DNA from: Myxococcota bacterium
GTDB lineage: Bacteria; Myxococcota_A; UBA9160; UBA4427
Length of the DNA: 64,000 nt
Direction: 5' to 3'
NCBI GenBank assembly: GCA_965250285.1
Contig: OZ252299.1
Span: forward strand, 4,992,001 to 5,056,000
Positions 60,361 to 64,000 of the stretch are shown piece by piece. Below the pieces are notes generated by a model that did no database searches, had not been told where the DNA came from, and was given only the letters and a program-made list of their open reading frames with translations. The first letter of the stretch is position 1. Every line of letters begins with the position of its first letter. Both the position numbers and the translations under genes were made by a program.

Positions 60361-61376
60361 TGGGTGAAGCGATCCTGATCGACCTGGAGCGTGAAGGCGA
60401 GGAAGGCCTCGAGTCTGCGCTGCGCTTCGAGCTTCTCGGGCGTGCCGTCCTGACTGGCGACCGCCTGATAGAGCTGAGAGGCGGGGTCGATGATCTCCTG
60501 GAACGTGGCGGGGTCGAACGCGAGGCTCTCGGGCGGCGTCGCCCGCACGTACTCGTGGGCGAGAGTGTCGTAGAACGTCGCGAGCTTGAGGATGTGCTGC
60601 AGGCGATGCTTGCTCGGCTGATGTCGGCTCGCGAGCCGCTGCAGCTCGGAGAGCGCACGCACCTGGCCGTCCGGCAGCACGAAGCGCATCTCGACGAAGT
60701 AGCTCGCGCGGATCTCGTCGACCCGCTCGATCTCTTCCTTCACCACGTACGCGTAGTGCGAATCGGCGACTTCGGGCAGGAGCAGCCCGAGCAGCGCCGA
60801 CCTTTCCTGCAGATCGGCGACCACGTTCTCGGGCTCGGGCGAGCGCAGCTGCTCGTCGGTGCCGGGGTCGAGCGGGTTCGGCAGATCGATGCCGATCTTC
60901 GTCGCCTCGCTGATGCGCTCACAGATGCTCGCGCCCTGCACCGACAGGGTCTGCAGGTCGCCGTCGAATTCGGCGGCGCGACGATAGTGCTCGGCGGCGA
61001 GGTCGTAGGCGCGCAGTCGCTCGAGCGCGCGTCCCTTGGCGAACGCGATCACGGGGTCCATATAACCCGAGCGGATCGCGTCGGCATGCACGCGTTCGAG
61101 GTTCTCGAGTCGAAGCAGCGATGAGCGGTATACGTTGCGGCCGGTGAAGTCGACCGCGGGCGCGAACCGGTACGTGTCGTCGGGGATGTGGCGCCGCAGC
61201 ACGGCGACGACCTCGACGACGCTCTCGGTCGGGCCGTACTCGGTCTCGAGCTTGCGCTTCTTGAAGTTGGTGCAGCCGGGCAGGGCTGCGACGAGAGAGA
61301 GCGCAATGAGGGAAGACGCGACCCGACGCGACCGATTCGATGCCCACGTGGGCAGGCTGCCGATCGCGCGACTCAT
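60357..61376 (-). CDS. Hypothetical TPR-like lipoprotein
   Basis: Lipobox LPGC and TPR-like FAKGRALERL..YDLAAEHY. Starts 1 nt after the cimA stop. Confidence 0.78.
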   Translation of the reverse strand: MSRAIGSLPTWASNRSRRVASSLIALSLVAALPGCTNFKKRKLETEYGPTESVVEVVAVLRRHIPDDTYRFAPAVDFTGRNVYRSSLLRLENLERVHADAIRSGYMDPVIAFAKGRALERLRAYDLAAEHYRRAAEFDGDLQTLSVQGASICERISEATKIGIDLPNPLDPGTDEQLRSPEPENVVADLQERSALLGLLLPEVADSHYAYVVKEEIERVDEIRASYFVEMRFVLPDGQVRALSELQRLASRHQPSKHRLQHILKLATFYDTLAHEYVRATPPESLAFDPATFQEIIDPASQLYQAVASQDGTPEKLEAQRRLEAFLAFTLQVDQDRFTQ

Positions 61377-61377
61377 C

Positions 61378-63024
61378 TCAGCGGGTCTTCGAGCTCGATG
61401 ATTTGCGCGCGCGCTTCGCCTTCTTGGCGGGCTTCGCGACGCCGCGGCCCTTGCCGTGCGCGCTGGGGGCGATGGCGTTCAGCATCTTCTCAGTGGCGAG
61501 CACGGCGGCGGCCATCTGATCGGAGTCGACGCCGATCGTCGAGAAGGTCTCGGTCTCCTGGCTGGCGGCCTTCTTCGAAGTGGCGTCGGCCACCCATGCG
61601 ATCTGGGTCTCGACGAGCGCGCCGGTGCGACCACCGGGCGGGATCCGCACACGAAAGTCGGCGAGTCGGGGCACTGGCAGCTCGAACACCTTCGCCGCCT
61701 TCTTCACCGCGTTCATGAACGCGTCGTACCCGCCATCGCCCGAGGCTTCGGCCTTCTCGACGGTGCCGCGGTAGGCCAGGCTGACCGAGGCGCGGGGTGC
61801 GCTGTTGCGCGCGGTCTCGACCTGCCAGTCGTCGATGCGGACGATGCTCTCCTTCGGCGTCGCCACGACGTCGGCGATGATGAAGGGCAGATCTTCGGGG
61901 GTCACGGTGTGCTTCTTGTCGCCCAGCTCGATGACGCGGGCGAGCACGGCGTCGCGCTCGGTGTTGCTCAACTCGATGCCGAGCGCCTTGAGGTTGTGAT
62001 CGACGCTGGCCTTGCCCGACAGCTTGCCGAGCGCGTAGCGTCGCGCGCGGCCGAAGCGCGTCGGCGCCAGGCGCGTGCCGTAGAGGTCGCCCTTGGCGTC
62101 GCCGTCGGCGTGAATGCCCGCCGTCTGCGTGAACACGTCCCGCCCGACGATCGGCGTGTTCGCCGCGACGTCCTTGCCGCTGAAGGTCTCCACGAGTTGT
62201 GAGACCGCGGCGAGCCGGCTTTCGTTCACAGCGGTGCGGTGCGGACTGTGGTCGTGGATCGCGGTGACGACCTCACCGAGCGAGCTGTTGCCCGCCCGCT
62301 CACCCATGCCGTTCACGCTGGTGTGGACCCCGCGGGCGCCCACCCTGACGGCCGCGAGACAGTTCGCCGTCGCCAGGCCGTAGTCGTTGTGCCCGTGGTA
62401 CTCGAAGTCGACGTTCGGCCACGTCTCGGTCATGAGGCCGACGTATCGATCGACCTCCACCGGGGAGAACATGCCGAGGGTGTCCGGCAGGTAGATCCGC
62501 GCGACGCGCAGCTCGCGCAGCAGCTGAACCATGGCGAACACGTAGTCGAAGCTGTCGCGCACGCCGCTCGACCAGTCTTCGAGGTAGACGTTGACGGTGA
62601 GCCGCTTGCGCTTCGCGTAGCGGACGGCCTCCTCGACGTCGGCGCGGTGCTCTTCGGGCGTGCGGCCGAGCTGCTCGCGGCAGTGCTTCTCGCTGCCCTT
62701 CGTGAGCAGATTCAGCACCTTGCCGCCGGTCTCGGCGATCCAGTCGACGCTCTTCTTGCCGTCGGTGTAGCCGAGCATCTCGACGCGTTGGATCACGCGA
62801 GCCTTGCGTGCCCACTGCGTGACGAGCTGCGCCGCCTCGCGCTCGCCCTCGCTGACGCGCGTCGAAGCGATCTCGATGCGGTCCACCTCGACGTCGAGGA
62901 GCAGCATGCGAGCGAGCTGCAGCTTCTCGGCCGGCGTGTAGCTGACGTTGGGCGTCTGCTCGCCGTCGCGGAGCGTCGTGTCCATCACCGCGACGTGACG
63001 GGAGGCGGGCGGGTCGGTCGTCAT
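61378..63024 (-). CDS. cimA: Citramalate synthase / 2-isopropylmalate synthase family (Leptospira/Bacteroides CimA type)
   Basis: DTTLRDGEQ, LLTKGS, YLEDWS, HGHND, GERAGN, AGIHADG, and a C-terminal regulatory domain (GDGGYDAF, RIPPGG). Confidence 0.85.
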   Translation of the reverse strand: MTTDPPASRHVAVMDTTLRDGEQTPNVSYTPAEKLQLARMLLLDVEVDRIEIASTRVSEGEREAAQLVTQWARKARVIQRVEMLGYTDGKKSVDWIAETGGKVLNLLTKGSEKHCREQLGRTPEEHRADVEEAVRYAKRKRLTVNVYLEDWSSGVRDSFDYVFAMVQLLRELRVARIYLPDTLGMFSPVEVDRYVGLMTETWPNVDFEYHGHNDYGLATANCLAAVRVGARGVHTSVNGMGERAGNSSLGEVVTAIHDHSPHRTAVNESRLAAVSQLVETFSGKDVAANTPIVGRDVFTQTAGIHADGDAKGDLYGTRLAPTRFGRARRYALGKLSGKASVDHNLKALGIELSNTERDAVLARVIELGDKKHTVTPEDLPFIIADVVATPKESIVRIDDWQVETARNSAPRASVSLAYRGTVEKAEASGDGGYDAFMNAVKKAAKVFELPVPRLADFRVRIPPGGRTGALVETQIAWVADATSKKAASQETETFSTIGVDSDQMAAAVLATEKMLNAIAPSAHGKGRGVAKPAKKAKRARKSSSSKTR

Positions 63025-63461
63025 CGAGGGCTCGTCGTCCTTGTCTGGACCGCGTGGCGAGATACCGCGGGGTCTTGCGGGCGCATTCTTCTTTGCGTCG
63101 CACCGGGCTGACCCAGCGTCGCGTGCCCGTTCGGGCGTGCTTCGCGGGGTCGGCGGGCGGTGGTCGGCCGGCTCCGGGGGGTGCCCCCAATCGGCCCTGC
63201 GGTGGCCCGGGGCGGGCTCGCGGGTCGATCTCGGGCGGCGGCAGGGTACCCCGCTGGCTGAGGGGCGTCGACGCCGGGCGCTCGGCTGGAGCCGTGCATC
63301 CCCCCGCCATTCGTCGGGTTTTGGGTCCGTCGGAGCGCTGGGGGCGCCCGCGGGCAGGCGCCGGGCCGCGCCCCGGCGCCCGGCCCCCCCTCGCGCGACG
63401 TGGGTCGCTTGGCCGAAACTGTGCGCCCATCTCGGGTGCGCGTCTGCCCGCTGGAGCCCCG

Positions 63462-64000
63462 ATGCCCGCTTCGATCGATCCCGGTTCGCCCGGCGCCCCG
63501 CCCGGCTCCGCCGCAGCCGACTCGGCCAGCGCGCCGCCCGGCTCCGCCGCAGCCGACTCGGCCGGCGCGCCGCCCCGCTCCGCCGAGGCCGGCTCGGCCG
63601 GCCGCACGCTCGAGGTGGGCGAACAGGACGCGGGCGTGCGGCTCGACGTCTTCCTCTCGCGCACGCTCGAGATCTCGCGGGCCCAGTCCCGTCGGCTGCT
63701 GGCGCGCGGCTCGGTCTCGCTTCAGGCTCGGATCCTCAGCGACAAGGACAAGGGGCTCGCGCTGCCGGCCGGCGCCCGGCTCGAGGTCGCGTCGTTCCGT
63801 CGCCCCGAAGAGCAGGCTCCGCAGCCCGAGCCCGAGGGCGGCGCGGCGATGCCGCGGGTGCTTGCTGAAGGCGACGGCTGGCTCGTGGTCGACAAGCCCG
63901 CGGGCATGCCCGTCCATCCGCTCGATGAAGGCGAAACCGGGACGGTGCTCAACGCGGTGGTGAAGTCGCATCCCGAGATGATCGGCGTGGGTGAGGGCGG
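63462..64000 (+). CDS. RluA-family pseudouridine synthase, 3'-truncated by the window edge (absent from the ORF track)
   Basis: Manual translation from ATG 63462 (GGAG RBS): ...GVRLDVFLS...SRAQSRRLL (S4) ...LVVDKPAGMPVHP...GTVLNAV. Confidence 0.88.
   Translation, partial: MPASIDPGSPGAPPGSAAADSASAPPGSAAADSAGAPPRSAEAGSAGRTLEVGEQDAGVRLDVFLSRTLEISRAQSRRLLARGSVSLQARILSDKDKGLALPAGARLEVASFRRPEEQAPQPEPEGGAAMPRVLAEGDGWLVVDKPAGMPVHPLDEGETGTVLNAVVKSHPEMIGVGEG

Overview
GC-rich, gene-dense chromosomal window of a bacterium. Gene content and C-terminal sorting tags suggest Myxococcota or a related deltaproteobacterial lineage (inference). Most of it is housekeeping: gshA, trxB, the rne/rng-rplU-rpmA-obgE-proB-proA-nadD-rsfS-comF run, selA, a MinD/FlhG ATPase-J/HTH-rluD-pgeF cluster, rho, prfA-prmC-hisD-hisB-hisH-hisA-hisF, rpsU-dnaG-rpoD, tRNA-Ile2(CAT), glcDEF, an OatA-like acyltransferase, cimA and a partial RluA-family gene. 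Accessory genes are a subtilase, an outer-membrane barrel, a PEP-CTERM surface-protein locus with an orphan GspC-like gene, and a Zn-ribbon/SPFH pair. No CRISPR array, integrase, transposase or rRNA was seen. Best leads: (1) a 3x41-bp direct-repeat array abutting the sigma70 promoter of a MinD/ParA ATPase and an HPD-less J-domain/HTH gene; (2) a HisD that has lost its NAD-binding motifs; (3) two kinase-less PAS/H-box/REC signalling proteins flanking trxB; (4) very long structured leaders before rne, rho and rpsU; (5) an RpoD lacking region 1.1; (6) a duplicated 146-bp hairpin element. All calls come from reading motifs by eye; no database searches were run.
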